64,000 nt of DNA. Origin: Malacoraja senta. Lineage: Eukaryota. A program made the position numbers and the translations under genes. The DNA lies in the NCBI GenBank assembly GCA_038087875.1, contig JAXLNO010000217.1, positions 1 to 64,000 on the forward strand. The letters run 5' to 3'. This document shows, piece by piece, positions 22,344 through 36,127 of the stretch. The number at the start of each line of letters is the position of its first letter. Positions within the stretch are counted from its first letter, which is position 1. Below the pieces are notes generated by a model. The model was not told where the DNA came from and did not search any database. It was given only the letters and a program-made list of their open reading frames with translations.

Positions 22344-23234
22344 TGGGGAACAGAGACAGGGGGGGCACAACATGGTGGTGGAGGGGGGGAGCTCCAGGGT
22401 GAAGAACAGGCAGAAGAAAAATAAAAGACAACGTTTATTCTCATGTTTACCGAGGTACAGTGAGACCAAGGGTGAGAGAGAGAGAGAGAGAGACAGATGG
22501 AGATGGGGCAGAGAGGCAACGGGTCCATTGTGATCAGAGAACCCTTTCCCTGCCCTGCTCTCGAGAGAATCAGTCTTTATTCGGCGAGGAGAGATGAGTC
22601 GTCTCTCTCCCGTGCCCTTACCCCACACAGACTGACCAGTTCAGCCCCACGATGCTCCCACATTCACAGCGATGACCACGGGTCACTGGTCACACGACTG
22701 TCCACTGACACCCCCTCTGTCCAGTGCACTGGCACGGACACTCCTTCTGAACAGTTTACAGGCACAGGTATGGTCTGGTACTTTATTTGTCACCTGTACC
22801 GAGGTACAGTGAAATTCATTTTGGGATACATTTCAGAACAAGTATCACTATACATAAGCACGTAGATACATATTAGATCAGCATTGTAGATACAGTGTTG
22901 GTGTACAGCAGTAGTACAGTGAGACAGTGGCGCCATGTTCAAGTCCCAGTTGGTGTAAGTGCAGGGATCTTGATCTGACAGTGAAGGCCCGTTGTCCTGG
23001 CGGCGTTGTAGAGTTGGCCTGGCCATTGCTCCACCGCGTCTTGCACACATGCTCTGCCTCTCGGAGCGGCGCCGTGTCCAGCCGAGCCCCAGGTAGCTGC
23101 AGGGCCTCCAGCTGCCCACTCCCCCGTCGAGGCCGTGCACTCACTCTGGCAGCCAGTCTGCTCACCGGACCTCCAGCTGGGTTCCCGTGGGTCCTCGATA
23201 CGTGGCGGGAGAGCCGGGTCTTCCGGGCTGGTTC

Positions 23235-26200
23235 TCGGTTATCCTACTTTTTAAGAAAGGCGGGAGACAGAAAACAGTGAATTATAGACCAGTTAACCTG
23301 ACATCGGTTGTGGGGAAGATGCTGGAGTCACTCATAAAAGATGAAATAGCGGCACATTTGGATAGCAGTAACAGGATCGGTCGGATTCCGCATGGATTTA
23401 CGAAGGGGAAATCATGCTTGACTAATCTTCTGGAATTTTCTGAGGATGTAACTAGGAAAATGGACAAGGGAGAGCTAGTGCATGTAGTGAACCTGGACTT
23501 TCAGAACGCCTTTAATAAGGTCCCACGTAGGAGATTAGTGGGGAAAATTAGGGCACATGTTATTGGGGGTAGAGTGCTGACATGGATAGAAAATTTGTTG
23601 GCAGACAGGAAACAAAGAGTAGGGATTAACGGGTTCCTTTCATAATGGCGGGGAGTGACTATAACCATATAACCATATAACAATTACAGCATCGAAACAG
23701 GCCATCTCGGCCCTTCAAGTCCATGCCGAACACGTTTTCTCCCCTAGTCCCATCTACCTGCACTCAGACCATAACCCTCCATTCCTTTCCCGTCCATATA
23801 CCCATCCAATCTATTTTTAAATGATAAAATCGAACCTGCTTCCACCACTTCCACTGGAAGCTCATTCCACACAGCTACCACTCTCTGAGTAAAGAAGTTC
23901 CCCCTAACGTTACCCCTAAACTTCTGCCCCTTAATTCTCAAGTCATGTCCTCTTGTTTGAATCTTCCCTACTCTCAATGGGAAAAGCTTATCCACGTCAA
24001 CTCTGTCTATCCCTCTCTTCATTTTAAAGATCTCTATCAAGTCCCCACTTAACCTTCTGCGCTCCAAAGAATAAAGACCTAATTTGTTCAGCCTTTTTCT
24101 GTAATTTAGTTGCTGAAACCCAGGCAACATTCTCGTAAATCTCCTCTGTACTCTCTCTATTTTGTTGAAATCCTTCCTATAATTAGGCGACCAAAATTGT
24201 ACTCCAAACTCCAGAATTGGCCTCTCCCATGCCTTGTACAATTTTAACATTACATCCCAACTTCTATACTCAATGCTCTGATTTATAAAGGCCAGCACAC
24301 CAAAAGCTTTCTTTACCACCCTATCTACATGAGATTCAACCTTCAGGGAACTATGCACAGTTATTCCTAGATCCCTCTGTTCAACTGCATTCCTCAATTC
24401 GCTACCATTTACCATGTACGTCCTATTTTGATTTGTCCTGCCAAGATGTAGCACCTCACATTTATCAGCATTAAACTCCATCTGCCATCTGTCAGCCCAC
24501 TCTTCCACATGGCCAAAATCTCTCTGTAGACTTTGAAAATCTACTTCATTATCCACAACACCACCTATCTTAGTATCATCTGCATACTTACTAATCCAAT
24601 TTTCCACACCATCATCCAGATCATTGATGTACATGACAAACAACAGTGGACCCAACACAGACCCCTGAGGCACCCCTCTAGTCACCGGCCTCCAACCTGA
24701 CAAATAGCCATCCACCATTACTCTCTGGCATCTCCCATTCAGCCACTGTTGAATCCATCTTGCTACTCCACCATTAATACCCAACAATTGAATCTTCTTA
24801 ACCAACCTTCCATGAGGAACCTTGTCAAAGGCCTTACTGAAGTCCATATAGACAACATTCACTGCTTTACCCTCACCAATTTCCCTAGTAACCTCTTCGA
24901 AAAATTCAAGAAGATTAGTCAAACATGACCTTCCAGGCACAAATCCATGTTGACTGTTCTTAATCAGACCCTGTTTATCCAGATGCTTATATATATTATC
25001 CCTAAGTATCCTTTCCATTAATTTGCCCACCACTGACGTCAAACTAACAGGTCTATAATTTCTAGGTTTACTCTTAGAACCCTTTTTAAACAATGGAACA
25101 ACTTGCGCAGTACGCCAATCCTCCGGCACTATTCCCGTTTCTAATGACATTTAAAATATTTCTGTCATAGCCCCTGCTATTTCTACACTAACTTCCCTCA
25201 ATGTCCTAGGAAATATCCTGTCAGGACCTGGAGACTTATCCGTTTTCATATTTTTCAAAAGTGTCCACACTTCCTCTTCTTTAAATCTCATAGTTTCCAT
25301 TGCTATTCTGCTCGTTTCCCTTACCTCACATAATTCAATATCCTTCTCCTTGGTGAATACCGAAGGAAATAAAGTGTTCAATATCTCCCCCATCTCTTTT
25401 GGCTCTGCAGAGAGCTGTCCACCCTGACTCTCTAATGGACCAATTTTATTCCTTGTTATCATTTTGCTATTAATATAGCTGTAGAAACCCTTTGGGTTTA
25501 CTTTCACCTTACTTGCCAAAGCAACCTCATATCTTCTTTTAGCTTTTCTAATTTCTTTCTTAAGATTCTTTTTACATTCTTTATACTCCTGCAGCACCTC
25601 ATTTTCTCCATGCCGCCTATAATTATTGTAGATCTCTCTCTCTTTATCCGAACTAAGTGTCCAATTTCCCTTGAAAACCATGGCTCTTTCCAATTTTTAC
25701 TATTTCCTTTCAACCGAACAGGGACATAAAGATTCTGTACTCTTAAAATTTCACCTTTAAATGTCCTCCATTTCTCTTCTACATCCTTCCCATAATGGTG
25801 TCAAGTTAGGAAAAGGGGAAGTACAGCGTGATCTGGGGGGTCCTTGTTCATGTCCCAATTCACTCCTTTTAAATCCTTTCGCATCTCCTCAAAGTTAACC
25901 TTTCTCCAGTCAAAAATCTCAACCTTAGGTCCTGTTCTGACCCTCTCCATAATTATATTGAAACTAATGGTATTGTGATCACTGGACCCAAAGTGCTCCC
26001 CCAACGCATACCTCCGCCACCTGCCCTGTCTCATTTGCTAACAGGAGGTCCAGCACTGCCCCTTCTCTTGTAGGTACCTCTATGTATTGCTGCAAAAAAC
26101 TATCCTGCACACATTTTACAAACTACAAACCATCCAGCCCTTTTACAGAATGTGTTTCCCAGTCTACGTGTGGAAAATTGAAATCTCCCACAATCACTAC

Positions 26201-27712
26201 CTTGTGCTTACTACTAATATCTGCTATCTCCTTACATATTTGCTCTTCCAACTCTCGCTCTCCATTAGGCGGTCTATAATACACCCCTATGTGTTGCTAC
26301 CCCTTTCCCATTTCTCAGTTCCACCGAAATAGCCTCCCTAGACGAGCCCTCTAATCTATCCTGCCAAAGCATTGCTGTAATATCTTCCTTGACAAGCAAT
26401 GCAACACCCCCACCTCTTGCCCCTCCAACTCTCTCACACCTAAAGCAACGAAATCCTGGAATATTTAGTTTCCATTCACAGCCCTCCTGCAACCATGTTT
26501 CACTGATCGCCACAACATCATACTTCCAGGTGTCAATCCAGGCTTTAAGCTCATCCACCTTTCTTACAATGCTCCTAGCATTTAAATATACACATTTAAT
26601 AAACCCACCACCACTTATTCTCTGTTTATTATCTTTTTCTTCTTTCTCCCCTACATTTTGGGTCCGAGTGTTTCCCTTCTCTGCCTCCTGCCTCACACCC
26701 TGACTACTAGCTTTCCCTATTCGGGTCACTCCCCCCAACCGTTCTAGTTTAAAGTCTCCCCAGTTGCCTTTGCAAATCTCCCCGCCAGGATATTGGCCCC
26801 CCTCGGGTTAAAGTGCAACCCGTCCTTTTTGTACAGGTCACACCTTCCCCAAATGAAGTCCCAATGATCCAGAAACTTCAAATCCCTGCCCGCTGCACCA
26901 TTTCCTCAGCCACGCATTTATCCTCCACCTCATTCCATTCCTACTCTCACTGTCACGTGGCACTAGTAGGGTACCACAAGGCTCCGTGCTGGGACCGCAG
27001 ATATTTTCAATATACATTGATGATTTAGATGAAGGGATTAAAAGTAACAATTAGCAAATTTGCAGATGGCACAAAGCTGGGTGGCAGTGTGAACTGTGAG
27101 GAGGATGCTATGAGGATGCAGGGTGACTTGACAGGTTGGGTCATGGGGGAAGATGCATGGCATACGCAGTTTAATGTAGATAAATGTGAGGTTGTCCACT
27201 TTGGTGGCAAGAACAGGAAGGCAGATTATTATCTGAATGGTGTCAAGTTAGGAAAAGGGGAAGTACAGCGAGATCTGGGGGGTCCTTGTTCATGTCAATG
27301 AAAGTAAGCATGCAGGTTCAGCAGGCAGTGAAGAAAGCTAGTGCATGTTGGCCGTCACAACAAGAGGAGTTGAGTATCTGAGAAAGGAGGTCCTTCTGCA
27401 GTTGTACAGGCCTTCTGCAGTGTGTGCAGTTTTGGTACACTACTTGAGGAAGGACATTCGTGCTATCGAGGGAGTGCAGCGTAGGTTCACGACGTTTATT
27501 CCTGGGATGGCTGGACTGTCATATGTTGAAAGAATGGAGCGACTAGGCTTGTATGCTCTGGAGTTTAGAAGGATGAGAGGGAATCTTATTGAAACATAAG
27601 ATTATTTGGGGATTGGACACCCTGGAGGCAGGAAACATGTCCCCGATGTTGGGAGATTCCAGAACCAGGGGGCCACAGTTCAAGAATAACGGGTAGGCCA
27701 TTTAGAACGGAG
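23235..27712 (+). mobile_element. Host CR1 fragment (23235-23660 and 26963-27712) split by the minus-strand CR1
   Basis: Sequence ...ggagtgacta | actagtagggtacc... resumes the CR1 RT across the insertion. Confidence 0.85.
23661..26962 (-). mobile_element. CR1 LINE (second family): ORF1 esterase tail + near-complete ORF2
   Basis: ORF1-like [10 protein letters not shown]...DGLH at ~26810-26960; APE endonuclease YLNARSI/ISETW/SDH; 468-aa RT ORF 23744-25150 with YADD; (TTATATGG)n tail. Nested in another CR1. Confidence 0.92.
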
Positions 27713-27897
27713 AGGGGGAGTGGAGAGGGGGAGGGGAGTGGGAGGTGAGAGGGGAGAGGGGGAGGGGAGAGGGGAGCGGAGGAGTGGTGCGGGAGAGGGC
27801 AGAGGGGGAAGAGGAGAGGGGGAGGGTAGAGGGGGAAGGGGAGAGAGAGAGGGGGAGGGGAGAGGGGGGAGAGACAGGGGAGAGGGGGAGGGGAGAC
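27712..27897. repeat. Polypurine (G/A) low-complexity tract
   Basis: Almost pure G/A; joins two tail-to-tail CR1 fragments. Confidence 0.9.
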
Positions 27898-28930
27898 TAT
27901 AGACAATAGGTGCAAGAGTAGGCCATTCGGCCCTTCTAGCCAGCACCGCCATTCATTGTGATCATGGCTGATCATCCCCAATCAGTACCCCGTTCTTGCC
28001 TTCTCCCCATATCCCCTGACTCCGCTATCTTTAAGAGCCCTATCTCTTGAAAGTATCCAGAGAACCAGCCTTCACCGCCCTCTGAAGCAGAGAATTCCAC
28101 AGACTCACAACTCGCTGTGTGAAAGACTGTTACCTCATTTCCGTTTTAAATGGCTTATCCTTTATTCTTAAACTGTGGCCCCTGGTTCTGCACTCCCCCA
28201 ACATCGGGAACATGTTTCCTGCCTCTAGCGTGTCCAAACCCTTAATAATCTTATATGTTCAATAAGATTCCCTCCCATACTTCTAAATTCCAGAGTATTC
28301 AAGCCCAGCCGTTCCATGCTCTCAGCATATGACTGTCCCGCCATCCCTGGAATTAACCTGGTGAACCTACGTTGCACTCCCTCAAAAGAAAGAATGTCCT
28401 TCCTCAAATTAGGCGACCAAAACTAAACACAATACTCCTGGTGTGGTCTCACTAGGGCCCTGTACAATTGCAGAAGGACCTCTTTGCTCCAATACTCGTC
28501 TTGTTATGAAGGCCAACATGCCATTCGCTTTCTTCACTGCCTGCTGAACCTGCATGCTTACTTTCATTGACTGATGAACAAAGACCCCCTAGATCCCGTG
28601 TACTTCCCCTTTTCCTAACTTGACACCATTTAGATAATAATCTGCCTTCCTGTTTTTGCTACCAAGGTGGATAACCTCATATATATCCACATTAAACTTC
28701 ATCTGCCATGCATCTGCCCACCCAGCCTGTCCAAGTCACCCTGCATTCTCATAGCATCCCCCTCACAGTTCACACTGCCACACAGCTTTGTGTCATCTGT
28801 CAATTTGCTAATGTTACTTTTAATCCCTTCATCTAAATCATTAATGTATATTGTAAATATCTGTGGTCCCAGCACCGAGCCTTGCCTATCTGCCATTCTG
28901 AAAGGGACCCGTTAATCCCTACTCTTTGGT
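27897..28930 (-). mobile_element. CR1 3' fragment
   Basis: [33 protein letters not shown]1 3' UTR. Confidence 0.88.
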
Positions 28931-28969
28931 TCAAATGCATTCTGAAAATCCAGGTACACTCTCAGTGAG

Positions 28970-29283
28970 AGATGGGGGAGAAGGGAGAGAGGTGGCGTGA
29001 AGTGGTGGGGTGATAGTTTGGGGAGGGAGGGGAGAGGGAGAGGAAGGGGAGAGAGGGTAAGCGGGGAGCGGGAGGGGAAGGGAAGAGGGGGGTGGACAGG
29101 GGGGAGGGAGAGTGGGAGGGGAGGGAGAAAGGGAAGGAAGGGGAGGGGAGAGGAGAGTGGGAGGGAGAGATGGGGAGAGGAGATGGGAGGGGAAACGGAG
29201 GGGAGAGAGGGTGAAGGGAGAGGGGGATGGGGAGGAGGAGGAGGAGGAGGGAGGGAACGGGGAGGGGGGGGGAGGAGGGGGAG
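28970..29283. repeat. Polypurine (G/A) low-complexity tract
   Basis: Many GGG runs separated by A. Confidence 0.9.
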
Positions 29284-29613
29284 GTTTGCCAGTGACCCGT
29301 AATTGATCCTGAATATAGGTGCTGTCTGTATGGAGTTTGCTCCTTTTCCCTTTGATCGCATGGGTTTTCTCCGGGTGCTCTTGTTTCCTTCCACATTCCA
29401 AAGGTGTGCAGGAACCTATTTCAGACCCAACCCAAAACGTAATATTTTCCTTTTGTCCAGAGATTCTGTCTAACCTGTTGAGTTACTCCAGCTTTTTGTG
29501 TCTATCTTCAGTTTAAACCAGCATCTGCAGTTCTTTCCTACACACACGATACTATACGATAGAACTTAATTAATCCTAGGAGGGAAATTGTGTGTGTGTG
29601 TGGGATATATATA

Positions 29614-29775
<162 letters not shown>

Positions 29776-31034
29776 TTATATAGTTATATATTCATATATA
29801 AATATACACCGTTTTGTTTTCTCGTTTATAACATTGTTTACAGAGTACTATGTTTACATATTCTGTTGTGCTGCTGCAAGTAAGGATTTCATTGTTCTAA
29901 CTGGGACGTGAGAGAATATAACAATCTTGACTCTTGACTTACTCCGCTAATGTGTGGGAAAGAACTAGTGTACGGGTGATCAGTGGTCGGCGTGGACTCG
30001 GTGGGCTGAAGGGCATGTTTTCCACGCTGTATCTTTAAATTAAACTAAAGACACTAAAACCAGGGGGAGTCTAAAGAAGGGTCTCTACCCGAAACGTCAC
30101 ACAATTTCTTCTATCCTGAGTTGCTGGCTGCTCCATGGAGTTCCCCCGCACAATTAAAGCATGGAATAGTCTTCACCCTACCATAGTTACCCAACCAGAC
30201 GCAACTAAATTTAAGGTACGTCTTTTTTCCCCAAGAACCCTTTTTGCTTAAATCGAAGTCAAGAGTCAAGAGAGTTTTATTGTCATATGTCCCAGATAGG
30301 ACAATGAAATTGTTGCTTGCTGCAGCACAACAGAATATGTGAACATAATACAGAACAGGAGATAAAAGTTCAGTGTGTTTTTATACCATAGGCACAATAA
30401 ATAAACAGATAAAATGCAATAGGTTGTTATTGTTCAGCCCTCCACCACCTCCAGTTTAAATTCCATTTAGAATATTTATGGAGGACCACGAAACCAGAAG
30501 CAAGAGTTACTCCAGGGAGTTACTCCTGATCCAGGGTCAGAGAGTGCTTCTGCGTTGGTTTTCAGCGGTTGCGGCGAGACAGCGACTGGACAGCAATGGC
30601 GGCAAAATCTCCCACAATTCAAAGCGAGGGTGAAAGTGCCCAGCGCCGACTAGTTGCCGTGGCAGTGCGCATGCGCAGGGCGGCAGATGTTGTCCGGGCC
30701 GTGGTTGTGCGCATGTGCAGGGGGAGGATGTGCTGACAGTAGCAATGCGCATGTGCAAGGCGGCCAGCCGTGCCGGCGGATGAGGAGCGAGCGGAGAGCG
30801 GAGAGCGGAGACTGGGATACGGAGAGTGACAGACAGAGAGATAGAGAAGGGGGCCCGCCCAGAGTTGAACGGCTGGTGTCCTGCCTTGGCCGGAGGCCCC
30901 ATAGATTTCGAGGCCCTAGGCTTCCTAGTGGTCAATCCGGCTCTGCGAGGCCCCCCTAGATCTCGAGGCCCGAAGCTTAAGCTTGTCCTGCTTATACGTA
31001 AATCCGGCCCTGCCCCCACCCCACTCACCCCACT

Positions 31035-31068
31035 AGTCTGAAGAAGGGTCCCGACCCGAAACGTAACC
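31035..31068 (+). ncRNA. Minimal hammerhead-ribozyme-like motif in Penelope pLTR fragment
   Basis: agu-CUGAAGA-A-GGGUC(CC)GACCC-GAA-ACGU-A-acc: conserved core boxes, stem II hairpin, palindromic loopless stem III. Confidence 0.55.
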
Positions 31069-32589
31069 CATCCCTTTCCTCCAGAGATGCTGCCTGACCC
31101 GCTGAGGTACTCCTGCATTTACATAGATACATAGAAAATAGGTGCAGGAGTAGGCCTTTCGGCCCTTCGAGCCTGCACCGCCATTCAATACGATCATGGC
31201 TGATCATCCAACTCAGTATCCCGTACCTGCCTTCTCTCCATACCCCCTGATCCCTTTAGCCACAAGGGCCACATCTAACTCCCTCTTAAATATAGCCAAT
31301 GAACTGGCCTCAACTACCCTCTGTGGCAGAGAGTTCCAGAGATTCACCACTCTCTGTGTGAAAAAGTTTTTCCTCATCTCGGTCTTTGTGCCTATGTTTG
31401 GTATAAACTCGCATTTGCAGTTCTTTGTTTCTACACCATGTCTCAGAGCTTCTTATGTCAGGGCAGAGGGCGGCATTCAAAGCCCGACCTCGAGGATTAG
31501 GGAGAACAGGGGCAGATGATCAGGGTTGTAAAAATGTCAAGGTATTGGACCTTTCAAATGAAATGCACTTGCAGTATCATGAACTCCATTCAATTTAATA
31601 GATTAATTCAATGGAGATATGCAATGTAATTTCTCTGAATTTGGATAATTTGCACAACATGTAACATGCCCAGGAATCTCATCAAAAATGGTTTTCTTCT
31701 GAATTAAGTGCCTTGCTGCTTCTAATATTGTAAGTTGGAAATAATACCCAAAATGATAGGACTGTACAACTTGCTTTTAAACTCCGATTTTTAATATTCC
31801 TGTGTGCAATTAGCAAACACAACGTTGCCTACATTGCAAAATTGTGGTTGCATTTCAAAATTATTTTGTCAGTAAAGCACTTTGGAGTTTCCGATGAGAA
31901 ATGTGATGATATTGTGTGAATGCAAGAAGACTCTTCGTTGCACGAACGCGAGCTTGGAAGAAACACTCAATCTCCAATGCTGAAAAGTTGTGAGTAGACA
32001 AAGTAGCCGAAAGAGTCCGTGGGCTTGGATTGGAAATTGGTCGCTCGCCCTTGGCCCAGAAATGGAGATAGAGTCGCTGAGAAATGGAGGGGGACATTTG
32101 GAAACCAAAGAGAGGAAAGTGGGAAATATTTGTGGAGGATATGAAATATTAAAGCGATGAACGAGAGTATGAAGCAGCATTGATACAGACAGAGAGTCAT
32201 TGAGTCATAGAGCATGGAAACAGAACATTTGGCACATTTGTTCCATGCCGACCAAGATGCCCCATCTAAGCTAGAATTATTTGCCGCGTTTGGCCCATGC
32301 CACTCTCCTAATCTTTCCTTCCATGCACCTGTCCAAATGTTTTTTAAATGCTCTGACATGCCTCAAATACCCGACATAATGTACCCGAGGAAGCGGCGAG
32401 GGAGCGTTGTGGCTACGACTGAAACAAGGAACGTTCCCCACATTCTACAGAGAGGCAGGAAGAGCCTGATTCCTAACGGGTTCCCACTCGGAACCGGGAA
32501 TTTGTTTTGGACCCATTCTTTTAAAGATGAATTGTCAAGAATACCAATCTGCCGAGTGAAGATGAACTTCTGGAAACACAATATAAACA

Positions 32590-32770
32590 CATCGTGTCGG
32601 CGGGCTTTAGGACCCGGGGGAGCCCGGAGCTGTGGACCCGCCGCGGCTGCTGCTCAACCCGCGGTCAATGGGGTTTCGGGCGCGAAACGGCGGCGGAACA
32701 ATCAATGAAAAGGGCGGGGCACGGCTGAGGGGAGGCGGAGCTCAGCCCCGTCAATCACAGCCCTGATCAG
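32590..32770. promoter_or_regulatory. CpG-rich segment with GC boxes, candidate promoter
   Basis: Dense CpG, gggcgggg and gaggcgg motifs; first ~80 bp are homologous to 9480-9555 and 39258-39330. Confidence 0.35.
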
Positions 32771-34554
32771 AAAGTGGATGTCATTTGAAATAAGCTTCGG
32801 GTAAATTTCATTCCCTGAAATTAAATACATCAGCGTTTCCTAACGTGAATTGTTCATTATGTTAGTCTGCACAATAACATCACTTCAATACCAGACTCTG
32901 TAATGAAGAAGGGTCTCGACCCGAAACGTCACCCATTCCTTCTCTCCAGAGATGCTGCCTGTACCGCTGAGTTCCTCCAGCATTTTGTGTCTGTCTTCGG
33001 TTTAAACCAGCATCTGCAGTTCCATTCTACACTCTATAATTTTATTTAATAGTCTCATGTGCAAACTTGAACTGAACTCAATGATTCAATTATTGTCACG
33101 TGTACCTAGGGAGAGTGAAATTCTTTGTTCTTGCATGCAATCCGGTAAAACACAGACCTCACTGAGGCGGTACACAAAGCGTGGCCACGATCATCCCCTA
33201 TCAGTACCCCGTTCCTGCCTTCTCCCCATATCCCTTGATTCTTCCAGCCCCAAGAGCTCTCTCACTCTGGTTTGAATGCATCCAATGAATCGGCCTCCAT
33301 TTCCTTCTGAGGCAGAGGATTCCACAAACTCACAACTCTCTGAGTGTAAAAGTGTTTCCTCATCTCTGTTCTAATGGGTAGTCAGTGTGAGATGAGACCA
33401 ACATTAGTTGAAAAAATCGTCCCGAGTGTAGAGGATAGTGTTAGTGCACGGGTGATCGAGAATTGATCGACTGGGCTAATATTCACTGAAATTTAGAAGG
33501 ATGAGAGGGGATCTTATAGAATCATATATATTTTTTAACGGATTGGACAGGCTGGATGCAGGAACAATTTTCCCGATGTTGGGAAAATCCAGAACCAGGG
33601 GTCACAGTTTGAGAATAAGGGGTAGCTCATATAGGACTGACATGAGGGAGAACTTTTTCACCCGGAGAGTTGTGGATCTGTGGCATTCTCGCCCGCCGAA
33701 GGCAGTAGAGGCCAATTCACTGGATGTATTCAAGAGAGAGTTAGATATAGCTCTTAGAGTTAATGGAATCAAGGGATATGGGGTAGAAAGCAGGATCAGG
33801 GTACTGATTTTGGATGATCAGCGATGATCATATTAAATGGCGATGTTCGTTCGAAGGGCCGAATAGCCTACCCCTGCATCTATTTTCTATGTTTCAATGC
33901 TTCTACGATTCTATGGTGGCATTTTGTAGAGTGAATCCATTTATCTGGGATGGAACAAGATTCTCATGAACTGGGCAAATGTGATAACTGGGCAAATGAT
34001 TTAACACGGATAAAGTTGATGCAAATTGGAAGTTGATAGTTGGTAAAACAGGCCATGGCAGATTATACGCATTAAAAAGTTACGCCCTGTGTTATTTTTA
34101 GCAGAGTACAGAGACATTGGAATGCAGACACACAGCTCCATGAAAATTGCACCAGGGATGGGCAGGGTGGCGACGAAGGCATTTGGCACATTTGCTTGGT
34201 CCGTGAGGGAATGAAATACAGGATTTGATACAACTGTATAAGCCACTAGTAAGATCAAAATCTCCAGATTCAGGGACAGTTTCTTCCCAGCTGTTATCAG
34301 GCAACTGAATCATACTTCCACAACCAGAGAGCGATGCTGAACTACTATCTACCTCTTTGGTGACCCTCGGACTGTACTTGATCGGACCTTTCTGGCTTTA
34401 ACTTGGACTGCACGTTCTTCCCAGTTATCATGTATCAATACACTGGAAGTGGTTTGATCTTCTGCTAACTGGCTAGCACGCAACAAGAGCTTTTCACTGT
34501 AGCTCGGTACACGTGACAATAAACTAAACTGAACAACTGAACTGACTGCATTCA

Positions 34555-34860
34555 TAGTACCTTCCCCTAGCCTCCATCCAGGGATCCCAGCCGTCCTTCC
34601 AAATGAGACAGAGGTTCACGGTCACCTCATCTACTGCACCCTATATTCATGGTGACGCCTGGTGCACATTCATGTGAAAGTCCAGAGTCGCCGACCATTT
34701 GGCTGAACACTTGCACTCGGTCCGCCAAGGGCTGCCGGATGCCAACCATTTTATCTCCTCTTCCCATTCCCACGTTGACCTTTCTGTCCTGGGCCTTCTC
34801 CGTTGCCAGAGTGATGCCATAAACAAACTGGAGGAACAGTGCCTCATATTCCCAACAGCA
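34555..34860 (+). mobile_element. Penelope-like GIY-YIG fragment
   Basis: AEHLHSVRQGLPDANHFISSSHSHVDLSVLGLLRCQSDAINKLEEQCLIF is homologous to the ORF at 10898-11084. Further remnants lie near 48240-48560 and 63640-63870. Confidence 0.75.
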
Positions 34861-36127
34861 TCAATAACAGTAATGCTTTTTTATGTGCAGCAGGACTGAC
34901 AGGGTCAGAGCAAATTTCGACCAGAGACTCGGAATGCGAACTCATGTCTTCTCCCCGCAGATCCTGCCTGCCCAATTGCGGTCCCATCCCAAGTCCACTT
35001 GACTATCTCAGCTTTGTCCACCCACACAACAGAGGTCTGGGTTCAGGCAAAAAGGTCTGAATCAGAGATTTTGCGACCCACTTTGTTGGGAGTTGAGAAT
35101 GCTGATTACATATCTGGAAGATTACGGACATGGGGAATGGAATGGCAACATTTCTTGAATGAGGAGTGGGGATTATTTACCAACATTGGAGTCGGGAAGA
35201 GAAGTCTGTCCCGCAGTTTAAGGAGGGGAAGTTGTGAGGAGTGATATAGATGCAAACTCAGATTAAGGACAAGTAAGAATTTCATTACTCTGCCCCGGTA
35301 CATATGAGAATTAACAACTCATGACTATTTCTCTCTCTTGGACTGAGGGCGGCGATTAAAGTTTCACCTGATGGATTGGGTGAAAGAAGGGAAAAAACAG
35401 AGGCAGATAATCAGAGAGGAAAACGTGTAAAAGGGGTTGGTTCATTGAAATCAAACCCACTTACAATATTGTAGGTCAGTATATTAATACAACAGATACA
35501 TGTATTACCCTGTTGTTAAAGTTAGATAATTCGTACAAGCAATAACATTCATAAGAACCGAATAGAAAGATTGTGTTTATTCGAATTATGTGCTTGGTGC
35601 TTAAAATAATCTAATTGAAATAAACCCAAACCAGTTTGGACATTATAGCTTGCTTTTAAACTATATTTGTGAGTGTTCCTGACAGCAGGTTGACTGCTGA
35701 ATTTCCGTTGCAGTTCGTGGCTGCACTTGAAAGAGATTTACGCGAATAAAACAGATTGGGTGTCCGAAAAAATATGCGAGGATTTGTGTAAATGTAAGCG
35801 GGTTGTTGCTGTACGCACTCGATCTTGGAAGGAATAATCAATTTCCGATTAGCATACAGGGGTAGTGGATAGACAAGGCAGCCGATGGCGTCTGCGGGCT
35901 TGGAATGGGTTTTGGTCACTCAAGTTTTCTCTGAAAGGGTGACAGACACGGTGATGAAGCGAAGGGAAGAGTCGGGGCTCGAGCAGGGGAAAGTGGCAGC
36001 TGGTTGGATCCTGGCAGTGAGGGAGATGAAGCATTAAAGCGGTGAACGAGAGTCAGGAAACATGTTCCTGATGTTGGGGGTGTCCAGAACCAGGGGCCAC
36101 AGTTTAAGAATAAGGGGTGAGACATTT

